A stretch of DNA of 63,747 nucleotides, filler included, from Olpidium bornovanus S191 (lineage: Eukaryota > Fungi > Olpidiomycota): the NCBI GenBank assembly GCA_017911155.1. It is 29 parts of 29 records of this genome, joined end to end, with 100 filler letters (N's around TTAATTAATTAA, not from the genome) between each part and the next. Parts side by side here need not be neighbours in the genome. Positions count along the whole stretch, not along the records: positions 49,230 to 50,700 come from JAEFCI010011962.1; positions 50,801 to 52,502 come from JAEFCI010008510.1; positions 52,603 to 54,051 come from JAEFCI010003396.1; positions 54,152 to 57,230 come from JAEFCI010009513.1; positions 57,331 to 58,859 come from JAEFCI010009903.1; positions 58,960 to 60,343 come from JAEFCI010000869.1; positions 60,444 to 62,567 come from JAEFCI010000319.1; 22 more parts are not named here. One strand, 5' to 3'. Positions 49,231 through 60,590 of the stretch are shown piece by piece. The position numbers and the translations under genes are program-made. Under the pieces are notes generated by a model, which saw only the letters and a program-made list of their open reading frames with translations, ran no database searches and was not told the origin of the DNA. Positions within the stretch are counted from its first letter, which is position 1. Every line of letters starts with the position of its first letter.

Positions 49231-50085
49231 ATGGCTGCTGCGCGAACAGCGTTCGAGTCGAGTACGCCGGAGGTGGCGGAGCGAGAGGGCATATCGGCAG
49301 ACTCGCTCTCTGCGGCTCGATCCGTCCGCTCGTCTCCGCATAATCCGGACACGGAATCCCGCTCCCGCTCGTCGAAGGCAGTCGCAGTTGGGCAACCGCA
49401 GGATGACGTTATTGTGACAGCCGCAGGTTCTCGTTTCTCTCCGGCACCTGACGGAGTCGGTGGACCCGCTGCCGCATCGATTGGTCCCGGTGGTGATTCT
49501 CACGTCGATGCCGACGCAAGATACGACAGTTTGGCCTTATCAAATGTGTGGATCCAAAACAGGCCGAAGACACCCCCGGGTTCGGGGAGCACTGTGTACG
49601 AGACGGCGTCTTCCGCATCCCCGTCGCCGCCGTCGTCATCATCAAGCTGGCAAGAGTCGCCCTCACCGCCTTCGTCCTCGGCATCATTGTCATCCGAATA
49701 CTCGCTCGCGACCGCGCCCTCATCGATAACGGGGTCGCCCAGCGGCGGCCCCGAGACGCCGCCCCGGGTAACTTCCTCGTCGTTGGTCGCGACGCGAGAA
49801 ATTCCCGATGGCTCGGCCTTTGACAAGTTCCGGGACCCCTTCCGCGCTGCGTTCGCTTCCGCCCGGCAGCCGCACCTCTCAGGCATGCTGTCGGACGTCA
49901 CCACGGCCGCCATATCGATGGTTCTCCTGCCGATGCTGACCAGGTTTTACCTGGTGGTCGGCGGCCTCCGGACGGATGTTGCCGAAAGCGTAACGCCGCT
50001 GCCCGGAGGCGAAGACGCCGGCGAAGAGGGCGAGATGACGCCGGAAGTGCTTGCCGAGGAATTGGAGCAGCAGGAGGGAGGCTGA
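49231..50085 (+). CDS. Ser/Pro-rich hypothetical protein with one hydrophobic segment near the C-terminus, 5'-partial
   Basis: 284 open codons from the contig start with segment AAISMVLLPMLTRFYLVVGGL. No family recognised. Confidence 0.35.
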   Translation: MAAARTAFESSTPEVAEREGISADSLSAARSVRSSPHNPDTESRSRSSKAVAVGQPQDDVIVTAAGSRFSPAPDGVGGPAAASIGPGGDSHVDADARYDSLALSNVWIQNRPKTPPGSGSTVYETASSASPSPPSSSSSWQESPSPPSSSASLSSEYSLATAPSSITGSPSGGPETPPRVTSSSLVATREIPDGSAFDKFRDPFRAAFASARQPHLSGMLSDVTTAAISMVLLPMLTRFYLVVGGLRTDVAESVTPLPGGEDAGEEGEMTPEVLAEELEQQEGG

Positions 50086-50816
50086 GTGAAAAAAAAAATG
50101 TCGGAACGGCGCCCAAAAAGCCGCAGAGAAAGAAGGACGTTTTGCCCAGGGGGCGACACTTACCTGCGATTCAAACGGGTAAATGGGCCAAACCGGAAAA
50201 GGCGATCCGCCCCGCGTTCCCGCTTTGACGATTGGTCGGGGCGACTGCCGGGCGGTCGTCAAGTTCCAAAGCGGCGTCTGCGGACCGGCGTTTTTTTTTT
50301 CCCATTACGTTAGCATACCGACCGCCATTCGCGTCGCGTTCCCCGTCCTTTTTTTTTTTTTTTTTTTTTTTCATCGTACATTTTTTTTTTCATAGTAGCC
50401 GGATAGCAACCCGGTTCATTCACAGCTCACGACATTCGTCGGCGGGGCGCCGCAAACGTTTTTGGCATTCTTTTTAGGCAAGTAAGCAATCGTAAATTTT
50501 GTCTCATCGAGTCAATATAACATTGCAGGGGGGGCTGCGCTTGGGAGGAATGAGCCGGCTTTCGGGGTCGACTTCGATTCTCAGGCCGTCCCCTCTGCGC
50601 TTTTTGTCCTCCTCCGCTCTCTGCAAGCGAGACAGCAAAAATTCTGATGACGCCGGGGGGGGGGGGGGGGGGGGGGGGGGAAAGGGGGGGAGAAAAACAC
50701 NNNNNNNNNNNNNNNNNNNNNNNNNNNNNNNNNNNNNNNNNNNNTTAATTAATTAANNNNNNNNNNNNNNNNNNNNNNNNNNNNNNNNNNNNNNNNNNNN
50801 CCATGAATCACCGGGA

Positions 50817-51785
50817 TTACCGGGAATTTTTTTTTATACCTATCAGCAGTCGCTGCGCTTTCGGCTGTTCGGGAACCTCCTCGCGGTGCGGTCTTTTTCG
50901 GCGAGCGGTGCGTTTCGACCTGGGTGGCGCTGATTGACTGGCTTTCAGCACGCTTCTGCGCGAAGGCTTCGCCGGGGGGACCTTCGTCGTATTTGCCAAT
51001 GTGCGCAGAGTCGCGTCGTCGCGCCACCTCAGCAGCTGAGGCGGAAATCCGAGCGAGCCCAGGCCCTCCTTGAGCGCCGGCCGATTTTCCCTGCGCTTCC
51101 TGTCGCTCTGCTGCTGCGTTCGCGTGCCGCGGTCACCGGCGACGCGATGATCCGCACTCGGGTCGATGGCGGCGACCGTGTCGTCGACGAGAGCGTCTGC
51201 CGCCAGCAGAAGAGGAGAGGCCGGGCGAATCCGAGGGCTGGCCGCGCCGCGGCAAAAAACGCGCTCGCGATCTCTGCCGACGCGGCCGCCGTCGCCGTCC
51301 GAAACTTCCGCCTGCGCGCTCCCGCCGGGCGCCGGTGGCTCCTCATTCCCGTCTTCCTGCCTTCGTCTCTTGCGCCGCTTCTTCTTCCGGCCGCCCTGGC
51401 TGGCCGACGCCGCCGGGCTTCTTCGGTCCGAACCGTGTTTTCGTTCGACGGCGGACGAAGCCAGTTTCCGCTTGAACATGGGGTTTAGAGGAGGCTGCGG
51501 CGCGCTCGGGCTGCTGGAATCCAAGAATTCCCAGGTGAGCTGGTGCCACTCTTCGGCGGTGACGGGTGGAAGAGGTACTGCCGCGGCGATCTGAGCCGGG
51601 TTCGGCGGCGGCGGCGGCGGCGGCTGGACCGGAATTATCGTGTGCATTCCTGGGGCAGAGCGCAAGCTCGACCAGCTCGCGGTGGAGGCCCTGCTGTGCG
51701 GCAGCGAAAACGACGTGGAGGCATTATTGCTCCTCGGCGTCTGAGCCGGCATCGCTCGTCCCTGGGATATTCCCACGTTCGGCAC
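50817..51785 (-). CDS. Hypothetical basic/disordered protein
   Basis: 322-codon ORF with NLS-like RKKKRRKRRR. No domain recognised. Confidence 0.3.
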   Translation of the reverse strand: MPNVGISQGRAMPAQTPRSNNASTSFSLPHSRASTASWSSLRSAPGMHTIIPVQPPPPPPPNPAQIAAAVPLPPVTAEEWHQLTWEFLDSSSPSAPQPPLNPMFKRKLASSAVERKHGSDRRSPAASASQGGRKKKRRKRRRQEDGNEEPPAPGGSAQAEVSDGDGGRVGRDRERVFCRGAASPRIRPASPLLLAADALVDDTVAAIDPSADHRVAGDRGTRTQQQSDRKRRENRPALKEGLGSLGFPPQLLRWRDDATLRTLANTTKVPPAKPSRRSVLKASQSAPPRSKRTARRKRPHREEVPEQPKAQRLLIGIKKNSR

Positions 51786-52602
51786 GCGGAATGGCGTTGA
51801 AGGGCGGGGGGCTCTGCTTGACTGTTCGGCGCGAGGTGTTCGCGGTTTTGTGGGTGAAAAGAGCGGCGCGGGAGAAAGGCGAGGGGTGGCGGAGGGGGAT
51901 GTGTGGGGGGGTTTGCGGTTTTTTTTTTCTCTTTTTTATTTTGTTTTATTTTTTTTTTCTGCGACGCGAAACGAGCTACGTGGACGCGTCGTCGCCCGGC
52001 GGTCGAAGGAGGTTGCGCGAAACAACACAGAAGCAACAACAACAACAACAACAAAAAATCTCGTTTCGCGGCGTTTCGTTATTCCGGAGAATGATAAGCT
52101 GATGCCCCCCGTTCCAATCGCTCAACAGCGGCGAGCGAGCAGGACGGCTGAAGGAGGCAGCGCTCCAAATAAAAAGGCGTGCCGCCGACTTCACGGCGGT
52201 ATGGGCACAGCACCCAAACTGGCCTCGCCTCCGTGTGAAGGGCGGAGGTTGTGCGGAGCCCTTCCCCGTCGGAAGAGATTCCATCGCAGCGCACCATAGA
52301 ACGTTATACACTTCTTCCCCCCCCTCCCTTCCTGCTCTACCCGCAGAAACCGTGCTTTGTACCGTGATTTGCGCCATTGTGCCATGACGCAGAGCAACTG
52401 TTTTCCCCAGAGTCCGACGAGCGCCGGCACGGACACTTCGCAGAGCAGCAAGAGAACCGGACCGCCGCTGGTGAGCTCAGGCAGTCCGGAAGAGGCCGTG
52501 TANNNNNNNNNNNNNNNNNNNNNNNNNNNNNNNNNNNNNNNNNNNNTTAATTAATTAANNNNNNNNNNNNNNNNNNNNNNNNNNNNNNNNNNNNNNNNNN
52601 NN

Positions 52603-53744
52603 CATGCGATAAGAAATTCATAGATTCCCGACAATATCTCGATCCGCGTCTGAAACCGGCGTCGGCAAGCAGCAAATCATCCGATTCAGCCTCAACATCA
52701 ACAAGGGCAAACTTCAGCCGACGAAAACACGGGCTACCTTGTAGGACATCAGCTTTCCTTTTCCACTTCCGGTATCGCCGAACCCAGCTTGTCCGGGTGT
52801 CCAATTTTTGCCGCTGCCGTCCCCGCTTTTGGCACCGAGCAGGCAAAGATAATTTGGCAAAATCCTGTCGGCGTGAGCCACCACTGATTTCGGGGCCACC
52901 TCGATCCACAACGCCAAGAACTTTATTGCGTTCATGCGGATGCCTTCTTGAATGTGCGCCATCGCCGAAACGGTGCAAGTGACGAAAAGCGGGAGGAACG
53001 GCGACAGCGCGTGAGACGGCGCCTGTGGGAGAATGAACGAGAGCAAAGATAGAAGCGCGCGCCGTACGGACTCGTCCTGCGGTAGGCGCCGCAGTGGCGG
53101 CGGTTGCGGAAACCGTCATACCAAGGGAAACTCCGGCACGTCAGCCCCTCGCACGCGCACGGCTTTCGACGCAGGACGGCCAAAAAACTCCGCAACTACG
53201 CACTTCGTCCATGAGCAGCTTCGCCACAGACGTTGAGAGCGCTCCCAGGGACGGGACGAGAAGCTGAGGGTGTCGCTGAAAAAACTCCTTTATCCCTAAG
53301 ACAGCATCTGGAGAGAAGCGGGCGTTGAGCACGTCAACATAGGAGAAACGTGACGGTTACCCCAATTCCCATCCCCCCCCCCCACCCCCCCCCCTTTTCC
53401 CCCCCCCAGGCAGCACAGAGCAGGCGCGCCAGCGCGAGCGCCACACGACTTCCTATCTCTCCGTCACTCTTCCCGCGCTGACCTCTCCGCGTCCCCGCAC
53501 TGTAGTGTCTGGACTGCACCAGCAGGTCGGCGATGGTCTGGTTCTTCCTGTTCACGGGCTCTCTCGCGTCCCTGTCGAGCGCGGCCGTGATGGCAGACTG
53601 GTTCGGGAGGACGATCGCCTGCGACCGGAAGGAGGTGTCCGTGTAGTTGTCGGGCTTTCTCTTCTCCTTCGCGCCCAGTTTGAGCTTCTGCTTGCAAAAG
53701 TCGAGGTTCTTCTGCTTCTTCTTCTTCGAGCTGGACTTGGGCAT
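52603..53744 (-). CDS. IPI1: Pre-rRNA processing protein Ipi1 (TEX10), N-terminal part, 3 exons, 3'-partial
   Basis: MPKSSSKKKKQKNLDFCKQKLKLG..NYTDTSFRSQAIVLPNQS, RHYSAGTRR, DAVLGIKE, and SAMAHIQEGIRMNAIKFL. Two in-phase GT-AG introns. Confidence 0.9.
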
Positions 53745-53892
53745 GGCTGCAGACGCGCTGGTCTGGTGCCTGGCTCGCAGGAGAGCAGTTTCGTCCCTCT
53801 CGCAGTGAGAGCGCGCGGGGCGTTTCGTTGCGCTGCGCTTTGCGGCGCCGTAGCGAACCGGAAACGGGTTTCTGCTTTGGGGGAGAAGGCGG

Positions 53893-53944
<52 letters not shown>

Positions 53945-54187
53945 GGGGGGGAAGGGGAGAAGGGGGGAAGCGACGCAGAGAAGCTTCGGCGTCGACGCAA
54001 ATGGGGCAGGAACAGTCTACGTTGGTCTGCGACGCGGCAGCGATTGCGCGGNNNNNNNNNNNNNNNNNNNNNNNNNNNNNNNNNNNNNNNNNNNNTTAAT
54101 TAATTAANNNNNNNNNNNNNNNNNNNNNNNNNNNNNNNNNNNNNNNNNNNNCAACCTCCGGCCCAAGCTCCGCCCACCCCTCCGGGT

Positions 54188-55396
54188 TTGGCACGCGGGT
54201 TCGGCCTGCCTTCCGCCCCGGTAGGCGACGAGTACGGAGTTGGCCGGCTGACCGATAAAACGGGGAACATGCGGATATCGACGGAGCCCCCCTCCCAGTA
54301 CCCCTATGCGTCTCCGTCACCCTCGGCGTTTTCGGGCCAACCGCTCTGCGCGTCCGCTATCTCGCCGTCGCCGCTGCCTCCCGCGTCTGGACCATCTGGA
54401 CCATCGTACGCACCGGGCCAAACACAGCAGCAGCACTTACCTCCCCTTGCGCCTGCCGCCGGCTATAGACCGTCTGCAGCGTACAACTCTCCGGGATACC
54501 CTGTTCCTTATCAGCAGCCGCCGCCGCACGCGCAGTCCTATGTTCCGCATCAGCAACCGCCTCAGCACCAGGCCATGCAACAGCAGCAGACTCTCAACGG
54601 TCAAGCGTCGCATCTGCACAATTTCCAGCAGTATACGCCACCGGAGATTGTGCCGTCGCAGAATCTGACTCCGACCGCTCACCCCGCATCAATGACGGGA
54701 GGGGGAATCCCCTCGTCCGCCGGACCGTATTGGGGCCATCCCTCGTACACGCCTTCGCATGCGGGCGCGCTCCCGCCATCGTCTTCTCATCAACAACCTC
54801 CCCATCAATCAGGCCCTCGACCGCCCGCCGCCCCGCATTACGCGCAACAGCCGACGCCGTCAGGCCACCATACGCACCCGCGCATCCCGCCGGTGTCTCC
54901 TGTGCCCGGCGCACCGCATTATGCCCAGCCCGCGCCACCAAGTTCGCAGCCGAACGCCTGTTTTACGCCTGCGCCGGGCGCGACGCAATCGCACCTGGGG
55001 CCACAGCCCGCACCGTCTTCTGGGGATCAATGGGGAGGACACCTGGAACCGGTGCCTTGGGGAACGCACGCCGCGCCGGCACCATACAATAATCAGACCC
55101 AACCAGCACAGCAATACTACGATTATACGGTCGCATCATCATTCCCTCCTCCGGTCCAGCCGCCCTCGCACCCGCAGCAGGGCGGCTTTCCGCCGATGTC
55201 GTTGCCGTACGAGCATAGGCCCCTTCAGCCGCCAATGGACTCGTACCAACACTATCCCCCCGCGTCGGTGCCCCGCAGGGCGGCCCCGCCGCCTGCTTCT
55301 CACTCGCCAGGGCTGGGACCACCTCCCGTGCCCGCGCCGCCTCCGCGACCTCCATATCCCGGCGTTGGCGGCGATAACGGAAGTAGCCTACTCTAA
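54188..55396 (+). CDS. Pro/Gln/Tyr-rich C-terminal region of an unidentified protein, 5'-partial
   Basis: About 400 open codons with prion-like or ESCRT/endocytic-adaptor-type tail composition. No folded domain visible. Confidence 0.5.
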   Translation: MARGFGLPSAPVGDEYGVGRLTDKTGNMRISTEPPSQYPYASPSPSAFSGQPLCASAISPSPLPPASGPSGPSYAPGQTQQQHLPPLAPAAGYRPSAAYNSPGYPVPYQQPPPHAQSYVPHQQPPQHQAMQQQQTLNGQASHLHNFQQYTPPEIVPSQNLTPTAHPASMTGGGIPSSAGPYWGHPSYTPSHAGALPPSSSHQQPPHQSGPRPPAAPHYAQQPTPSGHHTHPRIPPVSPVPGAPHYAQPAPPSSQPNACFTPAPGATQSHLGPQPAPSSGDQWGGHLEPVPWGTHAAPAPYNNQTQPAQQYYDYTVASSFPPPVQPPSHPQQGGFPPMSLPYEHRPLQPPMDSYQHYPPASVPRRAAPPPASHSPGLGPPPVPAPPPRPPYPGVGGDNGSSLL

Positions 55397-57757
55397 CGCA
55401 GGTTTTAGCTTGCCCGGGCGCGTTAACATGAGAAAGCAGTAGTTAGCAAGGTGGGCATCAGCGCTTTTTCGCTTGAGCGGTGGCGATAAATAAGATTTTG
55501 GCTGGAACTCGCTAGGCCTGCTTTTTGGCATAACGCCAGCCAGCCAACGGTTGTGCGATGCTTGATTCGACGGCGGTCGGGATGTTTGGCTTTGCTAAGA
55601 GTTTTCCGCCCGTGGCAGAAGAATTACATCCCAAATCACGGCCGCCAACGGCGCCGTACACCCGCGCGCGCGTCACTGTATGTACAGGCAGTCAGCTCTC
55701 CCTACGACAGCGGCATTTGTCTGGCGACGCTGAAGAAGGAAAATCTCGGTGTTTTCACGTGATGTTGGGTTTCCCTTCAGCAAGGTGGATTGGATCAAGT
55801 CAAACTGCACGTGCCGGCGTGTGTCGCACAGCACGCGCGCGGCAGCCGCCGTCGCGAAGTACTGCGGGAAACCGCTTGCAACGATCCGCAGCAGACCCTC
55901 TTCCACAACTCCGAAAGAGAAAGCTGCCGGAGGCACGCGTTCGAAGCGTAGGAAGGGGGCCGAGAGACAGAGGGGAAGTAGACGAGCCGCCGAGGTGTGC
56001 TCCTCCACACGGGGGAAGAATTTCTTCGATTTCAAGAGAATTTCCCCGCGCCTGTTGTGCCTCCTCACCGGTCTGCCCTGAAAGGCAGAGACCAAAATCA
56101 GCCGAGGTACCGCATATTTGGAGAAGCGGTCGAAGAACGGAAAAAGGAGAAAAGCGCAGCGCGGCCAAGATTGAGAGGGGCGAGGGAGCTGTTTCCCGCA
56201 GGACATGACGTGTACACTGGCGTCCGTGCCGGCTCTGTCCGGTTTTCCTCTGGGGCCCAGCGGTTGGCAGCGGACCGGGCCCGGCCGGAGCCCCGCACGG
56301 GATGCCAGGTTCTCCCCTTTACACCAGTGCTACTCCGCATAGCGATCCCTCACCAAACTCCTCCGTCTTCTTGACTGAACGCCCTCGTTCGTCGCTTCAA
56401 CTGAGCGACTGACATCGGGAACTTCCTAGCGTAATGTGTGGTCTGCGCGTCGTCAGACCATGACGACGGCAAAGGGGGCGAGGTGGGCCCTGTCGATACG
56501 ACAGCGAACCTGCGTGGATCCTGCGGCGGATGAACAATGGCGCTGCCGCCTTCGGCTTTTGACTACTTGCTGGAGGAATGCAGATGCTCGCTTATGCAGT
56601 GTTGCGATTTTATATATGTGGCGGTTCTGGATGCGACCTACGCGCTCAATAACTCCAAGATTGCCGGTTGCCCCGTTTATCGTCATGAACAACCGTGCCC
56701 AAATCTCGGCGTTTCTGTTGTGCTCTGCTATTAGACGAGACGAAGGTACTATTTCAGTGATTCCCGAAAGTTCGTGCATTGTGAATTGTCATCACTGGGC
56801 CGCATGATTGTTACTACTGCCGCAGACTTGGAACGACGCAATCGGAGAATAGGCATCAGCTACCATCACGACTGGATTTGGCGGCGATAAACGCTGTGAA
56901 TGCAGAGCTGCCAGATGTGAAGCATGTTGTGTATAACAGTACAGTGCACAGAAATTTCCCTCACGTATTCATTTTATCTTGAAATATACTTGTAGTCAGT
57001 AGCCAGTAAGAGGTCTCACGGCCACACGCTTCTCTTTGACAGTCTTGATTTTCGAAGAGGTTAATGATGAAAATTCATAGATGATTTCAGCGCTTTCCAG
57101 AAGTGCACGGCGTTTGAAGGAGTCTAGAAACAAACGGTCAAAAACAACACTCTCGGGGAGAACCGCTAGCTACAAGTCCTATACGAGATCCACCCGATGT
57201 GCGCCCAGCCGTATTTCTTTGCCGGGCATGNNNNNNNNNNNNNNNNNNNNNNNNNNNNNNNNNNNNNNNNNNNNTTAATTAATTAANNNNNNNNNNNNNN
57301 NNNNNNNNNNNNNNNNNNNNNNNNNNNNNNACCATTCTCCCTCACCCCCAACTAATCCGCTTAGACCACTTTTAGACCGCACCAACGTTTAGATTATCTC
57401 CCATATATTCTTCGTCACTTCTGTTTTCTTTTTTTGGGTTGAGTACATGTTCAACCCGCAATTCGGTCAGTTTGCCGAACCACGCCTTTGTGTTCCCTCC
57501 CCCCCCTCCCCCCCCCCCGCCCCACCTCCCCCACCCTTGTCCCAACCACGCTCACCGGAGAACACGACGTATCTTTTACTTGCTGCACGGAAAAATTTGG
57601 CTCCGGCGGACGACGTGTTTGTCGTGCGCGACGTGTTTCGTTTCCGGGGGGCGGGGTCCCGGCTGCGGTTCAGTTGAGATTCACTTTTCCCGTTGGGGGG
57701 GCCCGTCATCATCGAGCGCAGCGCGCGGAAACATTTATGACGTCCGCGGGCCATCCA

Positions 57758-57770
<13 letters not shown>

Positions 57771-57840
<70 letters not shown>
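57771..57840. repeat. (CA)35 microsatellite with one TA interruption
   Basis: Read directly. Confidence 0.95.
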
Positions 57841-57845
<5 letters not shown>

Positions 57846-58959
57846 CGACAGCCCCGTTTCCTTGGAATTTCCGTAAAAGAAAAAAAAAATAAAAATAAAA
57901 AAGAGAAAAGGGGTGTTGGTCGGCGTTTCGGGGACGGACGGTCTCGAAGTGGCGCGCGGTTTTTTTTTTCTTTTTCTTTTTTCCCCCGCAGGCCCCGCGC
58001 GGGGGCGGCGTAAATTGTTATATTTTTTTTCCGGCCTCCCCGAAGGCCGCCGGGTGGAGAGAGCGGCGCGGGTAGGGGGGGGGGGGGGGGGGGGGGAGGG
58101 GGGGGAAGGGGTGCCTAAGGAAAGGGCGGGGGCAAGGCACCGGCAAGCGGACGGCTGGCAAAGGGAATGCTGATTGCGGGTATCTGCAGTAAAGCGACCG
58201 TTGGTCTTGGAATTCGCCGAGGGAACGTCGGAACGGTGAAAATTCGGTGGGGGGGGGGGGGATCGGTCCAGGCTTCCACCGCAGAAACCCGTGAGCGCAG
58301 TTCAGCCAGATCTGTGGCCCAGAGGAGGCGCCAAATCCTGCTGCCACACTGTCAGCAAAGCTGCTCAGGACTATCAGGAGGACGGGAGTTGCGAGATCGT
58401 GTCAAGAACGGGCAGTGCCGCTGCCCAAGACCTAAAAAATTACATTTAGCACTTTGCATCGATACAAATAATTTTGTAATCTGCTAATTGGCGAAACGGG
58501 CCGGCGGACCACGTGACCAGCGGAGCCCGGCGAACCCGAACGGCCTCTAAAAGCCGCTTGGTCCGCCCGGACAGGGGGAAACTGGGGCGGGGGGGGGGGG
58601 TGTTCCAAGCGGGGATGATATATAGCAGGGCCGGAAGGACAACCGGGGATCAGCACGCGGAGGGAGCCGTGGCGAGACCCGTGAAAAAGGAGAGCGGAAG
58701 GAGAACCGTGTTTCGTGGGCGTTACCGAAGCCTGTGTTTTTTTTTTTTTTTTTTTTTTTACAGGGCGGAGGTCTGTAAGGCCTCTCCACATCCAAAAAGG
58801 GAGGGGGGGGGGCGCCCTGCCTGTTGGACCAAGGGCGCGAGGGGGGGGGGGGGGGGGGGNNNNNNNNNNNNNNNNNNNNNNNNNNNNNNNNNNNNNNNNN
58901 NNNTTAATTAATTAANNNNNNNNNNNNNNNNNNNNNNNNNNNNNNNNNNNNNNNNNNNN

Positions 58960-60236
58960 CATGGAGTCCAACCATTTGGGCGGCGGGCGCCTGGTGATGA
59001 CCTCGGCGAGGAGAACGAGGACGACGGGCATCCAGCAGCACAAGGAGAGGGCGACGATCTGCGCCGACTTGAGCGCGATCTGGCCCTGTATCTGCCGGGC
59101 TTTGAGGTACGCGAGTTGCTGGCCCTTCGCGACGGCGCCGGTCGGCCCGTGTCCGTGGAGGGGCGCTCTGCTGCCGCCGAGAACGATATCCGACCCGCTG
59201 CTGGACGCTTCGGGCCGCGTCTGGGCGCTCTCGAGCCGCTTGGTATTCGCGCGGACCCTCTTGTAAATCTCCCAGTAGCCGTATCCCATCGCGAAGACCT
59301 GCGTTCTCGCCGTTGATTTTTCCGTTACGGGGTGAAGTGAGGAATGAAGGGGGCAGCAATTACTATATTGGCCCCAAAGTTTCATCCTCGCGCTACTGTC
59401 GTCCGAAACCCAAACCGGTTTTTTTTTTTTGGTTGCCCCCCCCCCCCCCCCCCCCTCCCCCCCCCGGCATCTGAAAGCATTTCCGGGCTCACCGTGGCGG
59501 TGATCCACGAAAGCGCAAGGAGGCTGAGCAGGATACTTTCAAGTTTCACAGAAATCCAATCGACCTGACAGTACCACCCGCTTAAAAACGGCGGGGAGGC
59601 GGCACCGAACGGGCGAAGCAGATGGGTCTTCAGCCTCAAACGCAAACCAAGAGTCGCCGAGGACCCGGTTCCCCACGGAGCCGCGGCTCTCACACTGGCA
59701 CGGGCGCACACAGTTCGCACCTCGGCTGCAAAACCATTCCCGAACCAAACCAAAACGGCATCGTCGAGCTGAGGATCGAAGCGATCCACGAGCCGAGCAG
59801 GGCGGCCTTGACGTTCCGTTCGGAAAGAGGCGTTTGGCGCACGATAGCCAGGTAGCGTTCGCCCGCAATCATAGCTTGGGCAGCGGGACGACGGGAAAAA
59901 GAGTAGGCGCAGAAAGCGCTCGTTTACTTTTCGGTTGGCAAAAACGGGCGGGTTGCAGGAAATGCGCGACCGCCGACTCCCCCGTACCTAGCGACATCGA
60001 CATCTCTGCGATGGATACGCTCGCTGACCACCCGAAGACCGTGCACCCAAATTTCCCGACAGACCAGCGTCCGTGCAGCGCGTTGCCGATGAGCCAGGGC
60101 AGACGCATGCCGTCGCAAAAGAGACCTGAAAAGTAACGGGGGCGAGTTGAGATTTCATGGCAAGCTTCTTTCTGTGTGCGTCGCTGAACGGGGGGGGGGA
60201 CGCCTTACTTGCGCATATCAAATTCATGAGACAAAT
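58960..60236 (-). CDS. Rhodopsin-family (class A, opsin-like) G-protein-coupled receptor, TM2 to ECL3; partial at both ends; exons 60236-60209, 60125-59988, 59874-59721, 59580-59493, 59298-58960
   Basis: All four introns are GT-AG and phase-consistent. The spliced protein has LMNLICASLF (TM2), GRWSVGKFGC (ECL1/TM3 Cys), AMIAGERYLAIV (ERY), SWIAS..MPFW (TM4), QPSGWYCQVDW (ECL2 Cys), GYWEIY (TM5) and CCWMP (TM6 CWxP). Confidence 0.85.
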
Positions 60237-60590
60237 CTGCGTCGGAAGAGCCGAAGCGTCGCACGAGCGGAGATCAGATGTGCCACTCTCCCAGCGTTAG
60301 ACGCGCAACGCCAGACGCAATCCAACGGACGACACTTGCAAAGNNNNNNNNNNNNNNNNNNNNNNNNNNNNNNNNNNNNNNNNNNNNTTAATTAATTAAN
60401 NNNNNNNNNNNNNNNNNNNNNNNNNNNNNNNNNNNNNNNNNNNCATGAATTAAACGTCCGACGAGAAGTGGTGTGTCGTTCCGGCTGGCCGAGCATGCGA
60501 TCCCATCCTTCGTCGGCTCTCGTTAACCGTCGTGCACGCGTACGCTTCTTTTCGCCCTCTCTCCCGCTCCCGCAACGATGGCCCTCCAAG

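Noticed and set aside
50158-50166. ACTTACCTG resembling the U1 snRNA 5' end
   Set aside because: No U1 stem-loops or Sm site follow. It is more simply the reverse complement of a consensus splice donor (CAG|GTAAGT).
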